From assembly GCA_973895155.1 (NCBI GenBank), contig OZ316899.1:14325934-14389933 (forward strand): a stretch of DNA of 64,000 nucleotides. Direction: 5' to 3'. The DNA is from Marsupella aquatica. Taxonomy: Eukaryota; Plantae; Marchantiophyta. The notes under the pieces are model-generated. The model was not told the origin of the DNA and did not search any database. It saw nothing but the letters and a program-made list of their open reading frames with translations. Both the position numbers and the translations under genes were made by a program. This document shows, piece after piece, positions 37,107-46,239 of the stretch. The first letter of the stretch is position 1. Each line of letters begins with the position of its first letter.

Positions 37107-40100
37107 ATGGCTGTACCCACTAACTCCATCGAGAAACTCCTATTTCAACCTCTGAGTATAGACGGCGCAAATTACCTATCCTGGACTCTAGATATTGAGG
37201 CCCACCTCGCAGCAAAAGAACTCCAAGACACGATCATTACAGATGCGGGAACTACTCTCCCACAAAAGGCGAAGGCCTTAATACTAATTCGGCACCATCT
37301 ATGCGAGCCATTGAAGAAACAATACATGAACGAATTCAATCCCCGGCTACTATGGGATGACCTACAATCCCGTTTCGATCACATTCGAACTATCTACCTA
37401 CCCGCAGCTCGCCACGACTGGATCAATCTGCGCGTCCAAGACTACAAGACGGTCGCAGATTATAACAGTGAGCTATTCAGGATCATCGCACAACTGGCCA
37501 TCTGCGGCCAACCAATAAACGATGCAGAGCAGATCGAAAAAACACTGTCAACTCTTCATTCTTCAAACCTTATCCTCTCTACACAATACAGGAATATGGC
37601 CTTTACCAAATACTCCGAACTAATTGCGCATATGCTGCTGGCTGAAAAGCACCAGCTCCTACTACTACAAAATTCGCAGAAACGCCCACCGGGGACCCTC
37701 CCGTCCACATCAGCTCCCGAGACCAACTACGCCACACCACAGAGGGGAGAATCAAGAAACTATCGAGGCCGCGCAGGCACCAGGGGACGCAGCCCGAATA
37801 GGGGTCGAAGCAATAACTTTCAACGAGGCGGCAGAGGGAATTTCCACCGAGGACGCGGCCAAGGCAGATCGAGATACAACGGCAGGAGCTCGTGGAACAC
37901 CTGGACGAGAGAGAACAATAATCAGAATCGCACGAAGTTCAACGAGGACCAGCACAACCAACGAGATATGACCACCAACCCCCCTCTCTGTTTTCGCTGT
38001 GGAACTAAAGGGCACATTCAGAAACACTGCAGAGCACCTTCACATCTAGTAGCCCTTTATAAGAAAAGCATGAACACAAACGCACCTGAAACATATGGCA
38101 CTTTCATGGACTCCGCTGAGATCCTTCCCGAGATCAACATGATTATAAGGAACCACACAAAGAACCCAAACAATCCTCACTCATGTATAGTCGATAGGGA
38201 CCTCCCCACAACCGCATGGGGACATGCCATCCTACACTCTGCCACACTACTCAGTTACAGACCGTCAGCATACAACTCAAGCTCACCACACACTCTGGCA
38301 CTCGGCACCATCCCCAACATAACTCACCTTCGAACCTTTGGCTGCCAAGTAATGGTACCAATACTGGGCCCCAAACGAACCAAAATGGGCCCTCAGCGGC
38401 AAGCAGGAATATACATTGGATGTGATTCCACATCCATCATTCGATACCTGGAACCCACCACAGCCGACGTTTTTAAGGCCCGATTCAGCGATTGCCACTT
38501 CTATGAAACTACATTTCCAAAACTACAAACAAGACAGGAAACAGATAGCGACAAATCTCTCACCTGGCAAATCCAATCTGCATTTTGGCAGGATCCCCGA
38601 ACTAGCCAATCTGACACGGAAGTTAAAAGAATACTCCACCTCACAAACCTGATAGAACACCTACCAGACTCTTTTGCAGATGCCGCAAAAATAACCCGAT
38701 CACACATACCGGCAGCAAACACACCTTCGCGCATACAGATGGACATCCAACCGGCAACTGTAACCTCACCACGAGCAAAGCGGGGCCGCCCCCTAGGAGC
38801 TACAGACAAACAACCCAGACAAAGGAAAGCAGCACCTCCAAGAGCTCCATCACCACATTCAGAACTGCCAACCCCTCAGACCACCACACCAGAAGATAAC
38901 GACGAGATCGCTATCAATTATGGAAGCACAGGGCACATATGGGACAGAACACACACAACAATAGATGATAAATTCGCGTTCCATATATCCCAACAAATAG
39001 ACGAAGACTCACATGATCCAAAGACAATCCGGGAAGCACAAACCCACTCAGACTGGCCCGAGTGGGAAAAAGCAATTAACCTAGAACTAGACTCCCTTAT
39101 ATCTCGCCATGTCTTCGGCCCCATCACTCCAGCAGCACCAGGCATTCACCTCACAGGCTGCAGATGGACCTTTGTGAAGAAACGGAATGCACAGGGGGAA
39201 GTAGTCAGACATAAGGCCCGACTAGTAGCAAAGGGCTTTACCCAAATCCCGGGCCGTGACTACGACCTCACGTACTCCCCAGTGATGGACGCCATCACTT
39301 ACCGCTACCTAATCACCTTTTCACAGTACCACAACTTATCCATGCACCAACTGGACATAGTGACGGCATACTTATATGGGCACCTGGACACAGTTATACA
39401 CATGGAAGCACCACCCGAGTTGATACAACGTGTGGAACACCACTGCCAGGGGGAGCAGACACCCATGAGACTAGATCACACTGAGAAAAGCAAATTCGAT
39501 CACACCAATGAGGCAGTACTACATACAATAGCCAAATCAATTGCACTAAAAGCTTCTTCAAAGCAAATGCTCACCAAGCAAACTCGTTTTGCAGTGCAAG
39601 TCCTTCGCTCCATGTATGGCCTGAAACAGAGCGGCCTAACTTGGTATAAGAGATTTAAATCTGAAATGTTAACCATGGGATTTAAAAATTCAGATATCAC
39701 ACCTTGCATATTCCTCAAGCAGGAAGGACGTGAAGTTATAATCATTGCAATATATGTGGATGACCTGAACTTATTCGGGACCAGCCGAATCATGCTGGAA
39801 ACTATCCAATTACTGAAAAAGGCATTTGAGGTGCGAGACTTGGGACAGACTACTTTCTGCCTCGGCCTACAATTCGAACATCTGCCAAATGGAATCCTAC
39901 TGCACCAATCTACTTATACAAGAAAAATACTGAAGCAATTCAATATGCATCAGTCCAAACCAGTCAAATCCCCAATGGACATTCGCTCATTGGATATGGA
40001 CAAGGACATTTTCCGGAAGAGGAACGAGAACGAGCCACTACTTGGCTCAGACAAACCATACCTATCTGCAATAGGGGTCCTGATGTTCCTCGCTAACCAG

Positions 40101-40763
40101 ACAAGACCCGATCTGGCATTCTCAGTGAACCTACTGGCACGCCATAGCGCAACGCCAACCATAAGACACTGGAACGGCATTAAAAGAATCTTCAGATACT
40201 TAAGAGGCACGACAGACCTCGGCTTATTCTACCCCAAGCATGATACTTACTTACTTACCGGGTACGCGGATGCAGGATACCTGTCGGACCCCGCAGATGC
40301 GAAATCACAGACAGGGTATGTGTTCCTGATGGGCAATACGGCCATCTCATGGAGGAGCAACAAGCAAACATTGACCACAACCTCGTCAAACCACTCCGAA
40401 ATAATCGCATTATACGAGGCGAGCCGGGAATGCATATGGCTACGCAATGTGATCAACCACATACACGAAAACACAGGCATACCGAGATTGACCACACCCA
40501 CACAACTCTATGAAGACAATAGACCGTGTGTCGATCAAATCCAAGCAGGGTTCATCAAGGGAGACAGAACGAAACACATTGCACCTAAGTTTTTCTTTAC
40601 TCACGAGCAGCAGAACAAAAGCATCGCAGTTCAGTGGATCTCTAGCGAATCCAACTCTGCAGACATGTTTACGAAAGCACTCCCACCGAATCTACACAAC
40701 CAGCATACACACTCGATAGGGATGCGAAGCCTATCTCAACTGCAGACCGGATCGAATCAATAA
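37107..40763 (+). CDS. Gag-(protease/integrase deleted)-RT-RNase H polyprotein, 1218 aa
   Basis: Bianca-like Gag (LSIDGANYLSWTLDIEAHL) and zinc knuckle CFRCGTKGHIQKHC. CIVD runs straight into the integrase C-terminal segment LPTTAWGHAILH...LRTFGC. RT motifs KARLVAKGF, YGLKQSG, YVDD. RNase H motifs YADAGY, TKHIAPKFFFTHE. Confidence 0.95.
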   Translation: MAVPTNSIEKLLFQPLSIDGANYLSWTLDIEAHLAAKELQDTIITDAGTTLPQKAKALILIRHHLCEPLKKQYMNEFNPRLLWDDLQSRFDHIRTIYLPAARHDWINLRVQDYKTVADYNSELFRIIAQLAICGQPINDAEQIEKTLSTLHSSNLILSTQYRNMAFTKYSELIAHMLLAEKHQLLLLQNSQKRPPGTLPSTSAPETNYATPQRGESRNYRGRAGTRGRSPNRGRSNNFQRGGRGNFHRGRGQGRSRYNGRSSWNTWTRENNNQNRTKFNEDQHNQRDMTTNPPLCFRCGTKGHIQKHCRAPSHLVALYKKSMNTNAPETYGTFMDSAEILPEINMIIRNHTKNPNNPHSCIVDRDLPTTAWGHAILHSATLLSYRPSAYNSSSPHTLALGTIPNITHLRTFGCQVMVPILGPKRTKMGPQRQAGIYIGCDSTSIIRYLEPTTADVFKARFSDCHFYETTFPKLQTRQETDSDKSLTWQIQSAFWQDPRTSQSDTEVKRILHLTNLIEHLPDSFADAAKITRSHIPAANTPSRIQMDIQPATVTSPRAKRGRPLGATDKQPRQRKAAPPRAPSPHSELPTPQTTTPEDNDEIAINYGSTGHIWDRTHTTIDDKFAFHISQQIDEDSHDPKTIREAQTHSDWPEWEKAINLELDSLISRHVFGPITPAAPGIHLTGCRWTFVKKRNAQGEVVRHKARLVAKGFTQIPGRDYDLTYSPVMDAITYRYLITFSQYHNLSMHQLDIVTAYLYGHLDTVIHMEAPPELIQRVEHHCQGEQTPMRLDHTEKSKFDHTNEAVLHTIAKSIALKASSKQMLTKQTRFAVQVLRSMYGLKQSGLTWYKRFKSEMLTMGFKNSDITPCIFLKQEGREVIIIAIYVDDLNLFGTSRIMLETIQLLKKAFEVRDLGQTTFCLGLQFEHLPNGILLHQSTYTRKILKQFNMHQSKPVKSPMDIRSLDMDKDIFRKRNENEPLLGSDKPYLSAIGVLMFLANQTRPDLAFSVNLLARHSATPTIRHWNGIKRIFRYLRGTTDLGLFYPKHDTYLLTGYADAGYLSDPADAKSQTGYVFLMGNTAISWRSNKQTLTTTSSNHSEIIALYEASRECIWLRNVINHIHENTGIPRLTTPTQLYEDNRPCVDQIQAGFIKGDRTKHIAPKFFFTHEQQNKSIAVQWISSESNSADMFTKALPPNLHNQHTHSIGMRSLSQLQTGSNQ

Positions 40764-41292
40764 ACTCGAGACACAATGATCGGAATGCAGACACGACATC
40801 ACAGGTACGCCAGGTCACAAAGAATCACTCGGTGAAGCACTTAGAACATGGAGGAGCCGCAACAACGAACCTGGGAGAAACAAGAACCAACATCGATTCG
40901 ACCATCGACAGTGAGAAGCTCAACTGGCAACCTTCAGGGGGAGATTCGCCCGACCTCCATCTCCGAATCCACTTACAACGTGAAGCAATCGAAAGCGAAT
41001 CTTCCCCCACTCGAACCGAAGAGCTCCCTACTCACAAACGAAACAATCGACCACACAATCCGCAAATACATTAGGGCGTTTACACTTCATTCCTATTACC
41101 TACACTAGACTTTACAAGTAATTTACCACTAACACAACACAATTACACTTACGAATTACATTTTTAAGAAGGAATGGTAACACTCTTTCCCCCCACAAGA
41201 AAGGAGGGGGGGTTTTAATGAGGTTACATTCCCACCACCTAGAGTAAACTAAATGTGGGTGCAACATTCCTTCCCAAGACCATGTTACACCC

Positions 41293-41301
41293 AAGGGGGA
41301 G
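41293..41301 (+). promoter_or_regulatory. Polypurine tract AAGGGGGAG
   Basis: Abuts the 3' LTR. Confidence 0.88.
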
Positions 41302-41450
41302 TGTTGTAACCCGAGTTAACTCTAGCCTAACTAAGGTTAGACCTACCACAGTTGGTTAAGACTAACCGCCTAACTACCCTACCTGCCTAAGGGACTATAT
41401 GTATTGGAAGAGGAATGAATAAAGGAGTTAGTTGTTGATGAGCTACAACA
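41302..41450 (+). repeat. 3' LTR (149 bp)
   Basis: Copy of 36644-36791. Confidence 0.95.
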
Positions 41451-43509
41451 ATATGTTATTTGTGCACAAGAGTGGGTTCATTCCAAGTAGTATAGTGGGG
41501 TCTTCATCACTCATATCCAGTTGACATAAAAGACTTATACATACCCCACAAAGTATATTTAAAGACTACCCTCCATAACCTTTTTAGTCATTCCCAACGA
41601 CTCATCATCGCAGCCCATAAAAGACTAAAAACGACTCACCAAAGCTACCCACACAAAGACTAAAATAGACTGAAAATCCAGTCTATTAAACGACTTATAA
41701 ACCAGTTCTATAAAGGACTCAGTTGATTATAGTAACAAAACATACGACTCGCAGTCCTATAAAGGACTAGAGTCCTTCCCAGTCGTTTCCAAGTCCTATA
41801 CGGTACTGAATAGTCGTTTAATGGGGTCTAAATACCCCCCGGTTTCTACTAGTGCAAGGTTGGGGATCAGATCTGCGCTCATGATAGTTCTGGTGAGAAG
41901 GGGTCTTCATATCGGGCCCGTACACACAGGGCCTAGCGCTACGGTGCGCATAGGTCTATACATATGCTTACTGTCATAGGTATGTTTCTATTCCGCCGCC
42001 AGAATGTACCCATAAACCAGTGACTCCTGACTGATTCCCGGCTTAGGGACTTCTAAGCCATTGCCCCACCACTTTGCCATTCCACTCTCAACAATCAGAG
42101 CTATGACAGTCCTCACCCAGCCCGCTTCAATGCACCCGGTACACCTCTCAGTGGCGCTGCTAGTTCCATCATACACTCAGATTGCCTCACACACACACAC
42201 ACACATCCACGAGAGAAATGAGGCCTGAGAGGAAAACTCAATTAGATTCAAAGATGTGCACAATAGTTCACTGAGAACACTTGATCCGAACACTAGGGCC
42301 GAAGGCTGTCTCCTCCAGATTGTGACGTGCTTGCCCTGCAAGCCCCGTGCTTGCCATGCAAGCTCAATCCTGAACTCAACCTCCTTCACTGCACTTCATT
42401 CTTGGGGGCACATACAGATCTCACACCTCCAATTCAGAACGTCAAGTTATGCATGCATAGTTGACTCGACTTCAAAGCTGGTACCAGGCCTAACGGCGAT
42501 CTATCCCAGACTGCAATGAGGCCCGGCCTCACGCTTGCCCTGCAAGCTCAGCTCTGGCCATAGATCCCTTAGTGCTCTCCACCAGACAAAGGCCGAGACT
42601 CCCCATGGATCACGTAGCCTTGCCAGACTGAACTGTAAATGCTCCTCCTGCTGCCCCTTAATCAGTACCTCAGCCTCCCTAATGTGCCCACCGCAAATCG
42701 AATTGAAATCCTCCCCACAGTTTACAATCACCAATACATCACCTATCACCAAGGCTCTGTATCGGGGGAAAAGAACCCAGTTGTGCTGCCCACTAGAAAG
42801 AGCCACAATCCAGCTCGCAAACCTAGCAACCCGTTGCTGTGAAGCTTGGCTGATTACTCCCTGAGTAATAGCACAACCAAGCTCTTCCCAACACGCAGCG
42901 TCCAAGTCCAGCCTTGCTTGCACAGAGCTCCTCCCCGCTGCTCAGTCTAAGTGAGATCACACAACTGAAGTCCCCCCCCCCCTTGCCTCTACCGGGGCTG
43001 CTCTATATACTCTCATACTGAGCCCAAATGGGTGGATACTACGCTGCTGGAGCCCCATCCCAGCCCTAACAGAGCCGCCACTATCTCTAACTACTGAACC
43101 CTAACTCGCAACTTTATTTCTATCTCGAATTGGCTATGTACTTCGGATTCGGCCCTCCTCCATAGTTTTCGCGAGCTTGCGCCTCCTCTCCCGATTTCTC
43201 TATTTAACCATTTTCTGCGTGGATAGCAGCGTTGGAAGCGGCTTGAGCTCCTCTTTCCAACGAGGTCAATTATAGCCGATTTGGTCAAATACACAGAGAG
43301 TTATGCCCCCGCAACCGAGAGGGGGTACTCACTGCTGCGCTAACCCGAGTTACATAGCTAACCCGAATTTGGCTAACCTAGCTATCCTATCTAACCCGAG
43401 TAGAGCTAACCCGTGGTCTCGGGTTAGGCCGCTACCCGCTATCCGCTATCCGCTAACCTAGCCTAAGCTGAGCCCGAATCCGAGCTTACCTATGCTAACC
43501 TGAGGCCGC

Positions 43510-43685
43510 GCTGACCTGAGCTAAGCTGAAGCCGTGTTGACCTGAGCTAAGCTGAAGCCGTGCTGACCTGAGCTAAGCTGAAGCCGTTCTTACCTGAGCT
43601 AAGCTGAAGCCGTGCTTACCTAAGCTAAGCTGAAGCCGTGCTGACCTGAGCTAAGCTGAAGCCGTGCTCACATAAGCTAAGCCGT
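43510..43685. repeat. 26-bp tandem minisatellite (about 6.7 copies) inside the solo LTR
   Basis: Unit gctgacctgagctaagctgaagccgt, head to tail, no spacers. Confidence 0.92.
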
Positions 43686-44998
43686 GGTTAACCCGAAACT
43701 GAAGCCGAATCCGCTAATTCCGGCCACAAGTTAACCCGTCACACTAATCAGGCCGTATCTTTCTTAATACACCTCCGTTTCTCGAGTGTTTTATATCGAT
43801 TTTACTTGCCTTGACCAGATCTTTCCAATGCTCTTTACAGATCCGGATTTGGTGACATATTGAAAGAGATATGGTCGTCGACCACCCGCGACATAGCTTT
43901 TATTTCCCTACTCTTAACGCCATGATTGCCCTTATTCTTGCCATCTTGCTAATTATTATGCAATATCAATAGCTACTCCTTGCATACAGCAACCTACTTA
44001 ATCAGATTACAAAATAAGGACCACGTCATTGGCGTCACACACATCCCATGGGTTAAATTTCTGGGAGGCAAGTCTTGCTTGAGGTCTCCCCCTCAATTTG
44101 TCAAATATTTTTCCTTTCTAGCTGGGTGTGCAGTAGGCACCCATTTGCTTCCATGTGCAGTAGGCACAGGGCTTTTATGTGTAGTAGGCACCCCTGGGAA
44201 AAATATCTCCCCCTGAATTTATGAAATTAATTGGTGGAGGTACTCATCATTTGTCGCCATGTAGGTTCTGTACTTTAGATTCTTTCTTTATTTCCTTACT
44301 TCATGCTTTGTTGTTTGGTTTTTCTTTCCTTTTGAAGAGAAAGTCTCTTTGTTCTTTAGTTCTCCATTACTTAGTGTAAAATGGTCTTCTTAGAAGAAAA
44401 GGTGGAGGACTTTCCTTTGGTTTGATGGCTTCTCTTTGTTTGCCTCCTTTGCCCGGCGTCTCGTCTTTAGCTTGTACCACGATCTCCGTTTGCACTGGAC
44501 GTCCTTCTCTCTCCTAGCGTTCCTCACGTTCTCTCTTTGGTTTTTCGGGTTTGTGCTTCCTTCAATGTTCTTGGATTTATCCTCCTTGCCTGCGGTGCTT
44601 ATTGTTTCTCCTCTATCTCGCATTCTTTCCTTCGAAGTTTTCAGTTTCTCCCTTCGCGTTCAATCATGGACTGTCTTTATATGTTCGCGATGCTGCCTGC
44701 CTTGCTCACGATCTACGTTCGATTTCTGTAGCGTCTTCTCTCCTCCTATCTTTTCAATTGGGAATTAGGCGTATGGGTGTTCCTTATGAATCAATCTTCT
44801 GTATGAGGTCGCCTTCACGGACTGGAAATAGGAGGTCTGATGACTCGTTCCAAAACGCAGATGTCCATGAACTTACAAAATCTCACTTGGCCCCCGAAAC
44901 CAAAACGTTTGCGCCTGTCGAGAGAGCTTCACAAATTTGATTGACAGAAACTTCCCTACATGTCATCGATCTTGAATGATGGAGCATGCTTCATCTTG

Positions 44999-45736
44999 TT
45001 ATCGAATTGTAACGTAACGGTTAGTTCCATGCTTTGCCCAATGCTCCTTCAAATCGACAGGATAATTTACATTTATCCCTTCGGAGCCAAGTTGTTCCAA
45101 AAAGTTCATGGAGATCATAGTAGTGCAACACGAGAACTGCCAGCCCCCGTTACCCCATCTGTAACACTACTGTCTCACACCTATACAGGAGCAGTGGGGA
45201 ACGGGGTATCGCACATTATCAACATGAACATCATCGTTCGGGCCCTTCAGGTAATCTCCAAGCTATCTCCAAGCTCCAAACGATGCTCCTGGGGAGAACG
45301 ACATGATCTTTTTGAACGCACTGTGCGATCGAGCGTAGATTTCACTATTAGCTTCCTCTTCCTAGGAAACCCACAAACTGACTCTTTTGGCATCGCCGAT
45401 CTTGCCAAGGTCACTTTGCTCTTGAACAACAGCACTGTACCGTGTGGAAGACAAGGGAGCCTAATGAAAAACTCCTACAATAGTACAATTCTTTTTCATA
45501 CTCAGTGTATGGAAGAGCTTTGAATCTTTCACCGATGGCCTCTTTTCGACAAGGGTGTTGTTCGCTGAAATATCAAGAGCTGTAACAGCAGCATCGCGTT
45601 CCTCCATGGCGGAATCTCGATCAGCATAAGCTACGTCACGTAGCAAAAGAGCAGCGTCTCTCTCCTCATATGCAGCTATTCTCTCCGTGATAGCCGAATT
45701 TTGCTCCAAGATAGTTGCATCCCGTGCGGCTATCAT
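44999..45736 (-). pseudogene. BPC: Captured BBR/BPC (BASIC PENTACYSTEINE, class II-like) GAGA-binding factor copy
   Basis: N-terminal alanine zipper IAARDATILEQNSAITERIAAYEERDAALLLRDVAYADRDSAMEERDAAVTAL. C-terminal domain [32 protein letters not shown]..[deletion]..[20 protein letters not shown]. Stops and an 11-bp duplication causing a frameshift. Confidence 0.93.
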
Positions 45737-46085
45737 TGGCTATCGAGCGAGGCCTATCCCTATGAGGTCGCGATGTCCTAATCAAATTCTTCTTTTTGCT
45801 TTTTGATTGTCTTCTCTCTATTGCTGTTGTCTTGCTCTTCTTATCCTTTTCACCCTGGAGGGGAATGCTACTTCTCAGGATCGGTCCTCTTGTGTGATGA
45901 TATCGATTTGCGTTTCTGCTCTTGCTGTCCTTATCGATTCCTCTGGAATGCCTTATAAATTTCTATGTCCGATTTTCTAAAAAGTGCTCTCTTGTTCGAT
46001 CTCTCTTCTTCTTCTCTTCCCGAGCGTTTTCAGATTTTAATCGCCATAGCCTGTTCTCTTCTCTCCGCTCCGCTGGTGAGACAAA

Positions 46086-46097
46086 GTGCTGATAACG
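46086..46097 (-). promoter_or_regulatory. Primer-binding site CGTTATCAGCAC of the outer element
   Basis: gtgctgataacg abutting the LTR; same PBS as the inner Bianca. Confidence 0.85.
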
Positions 46098-46239
46098 TGT
46101 TGTGGGAGAAATGAGACAAAGAGTTGTTCAATCTGTATTCCTGGTAGAATATGTACATGTGGCTACAGCCTAAGTAGTTAGGGTAGTTACATAGGTAGTT
46201 ATCCCAAAGGTAGACTTAACTCAGGTATGAGTTACAACA
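46098..46239 (-). repeat. 5' LTR of the outer Bianca-type element
   Basis: Near-identical to 19303-19444. Confidence 0.92.

Larger units (their letters stand above)
36644..41450 (+). mobile_element. Young Ty1/Copia Bianca-lineage LTR retrotransposon with internal protease/integrase deletion
   Basis: LTRs at 36644-36791 and 41302-41450 differ by one indel. TSD ATATG at 36639-36643 and 41451-41455. PBS and PPT present. Confidence 0.97.
20499..41854 (+). mobile_element. CACTA/En-Spm transposon 1 (21.4 kb; about 16.5 kb without the nested Copia)
   Basis: TIR CACTAGTAGAAACCGGGG at both ends, extending imperfectly to about 30 bp. 3-bp TSD CAA at 20496-20498 and 41855-41857. gacta/cgact subterminal repeats. 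Tnp2 transposase inside. Confidence 0.96.
20313..44039 (-). mobile_element. Solo LTR (about 2.4 kb) split by CACTA-1
   Basis: tgtcacgc at 20313 and ggcgtcaca ending at 44039; on the minus strand this reads TGTGACGCC...GTGACA, the same termini as the 9647 element. TSD CACAT at 20308-20312 and 44040-44044. Orientation is assigned relative to the 9647 element. Confidence 0.8.
19303..46239 (-). mobile_element. Non-autonomous Bianca-type Ty1/Copia derivative (about 3.2 kb without nested insertions) carrying a BPC copy
   Basis: 142-bp LTRs at 19303-19444 and 46098-46239 with 2 mismatches. TSD ATCTT at 19298-19302 and 46240-46244. Minus-strand PBS CGTTATCAGCAC and PPT AAGGGGGAG. No gag or pol. Confidence 0.92.

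Noticed and set aside
43510-43685. 26-bp repeats as a CRISPR array
   Set aside because: The units are head to tail with no unique spacers, there are no cas genes, and the context is a plant LTR.
44960-45523. 187-aa plus-strand ORF
   Set aside because: It is the antisense shadow of the BPC pseudogene.
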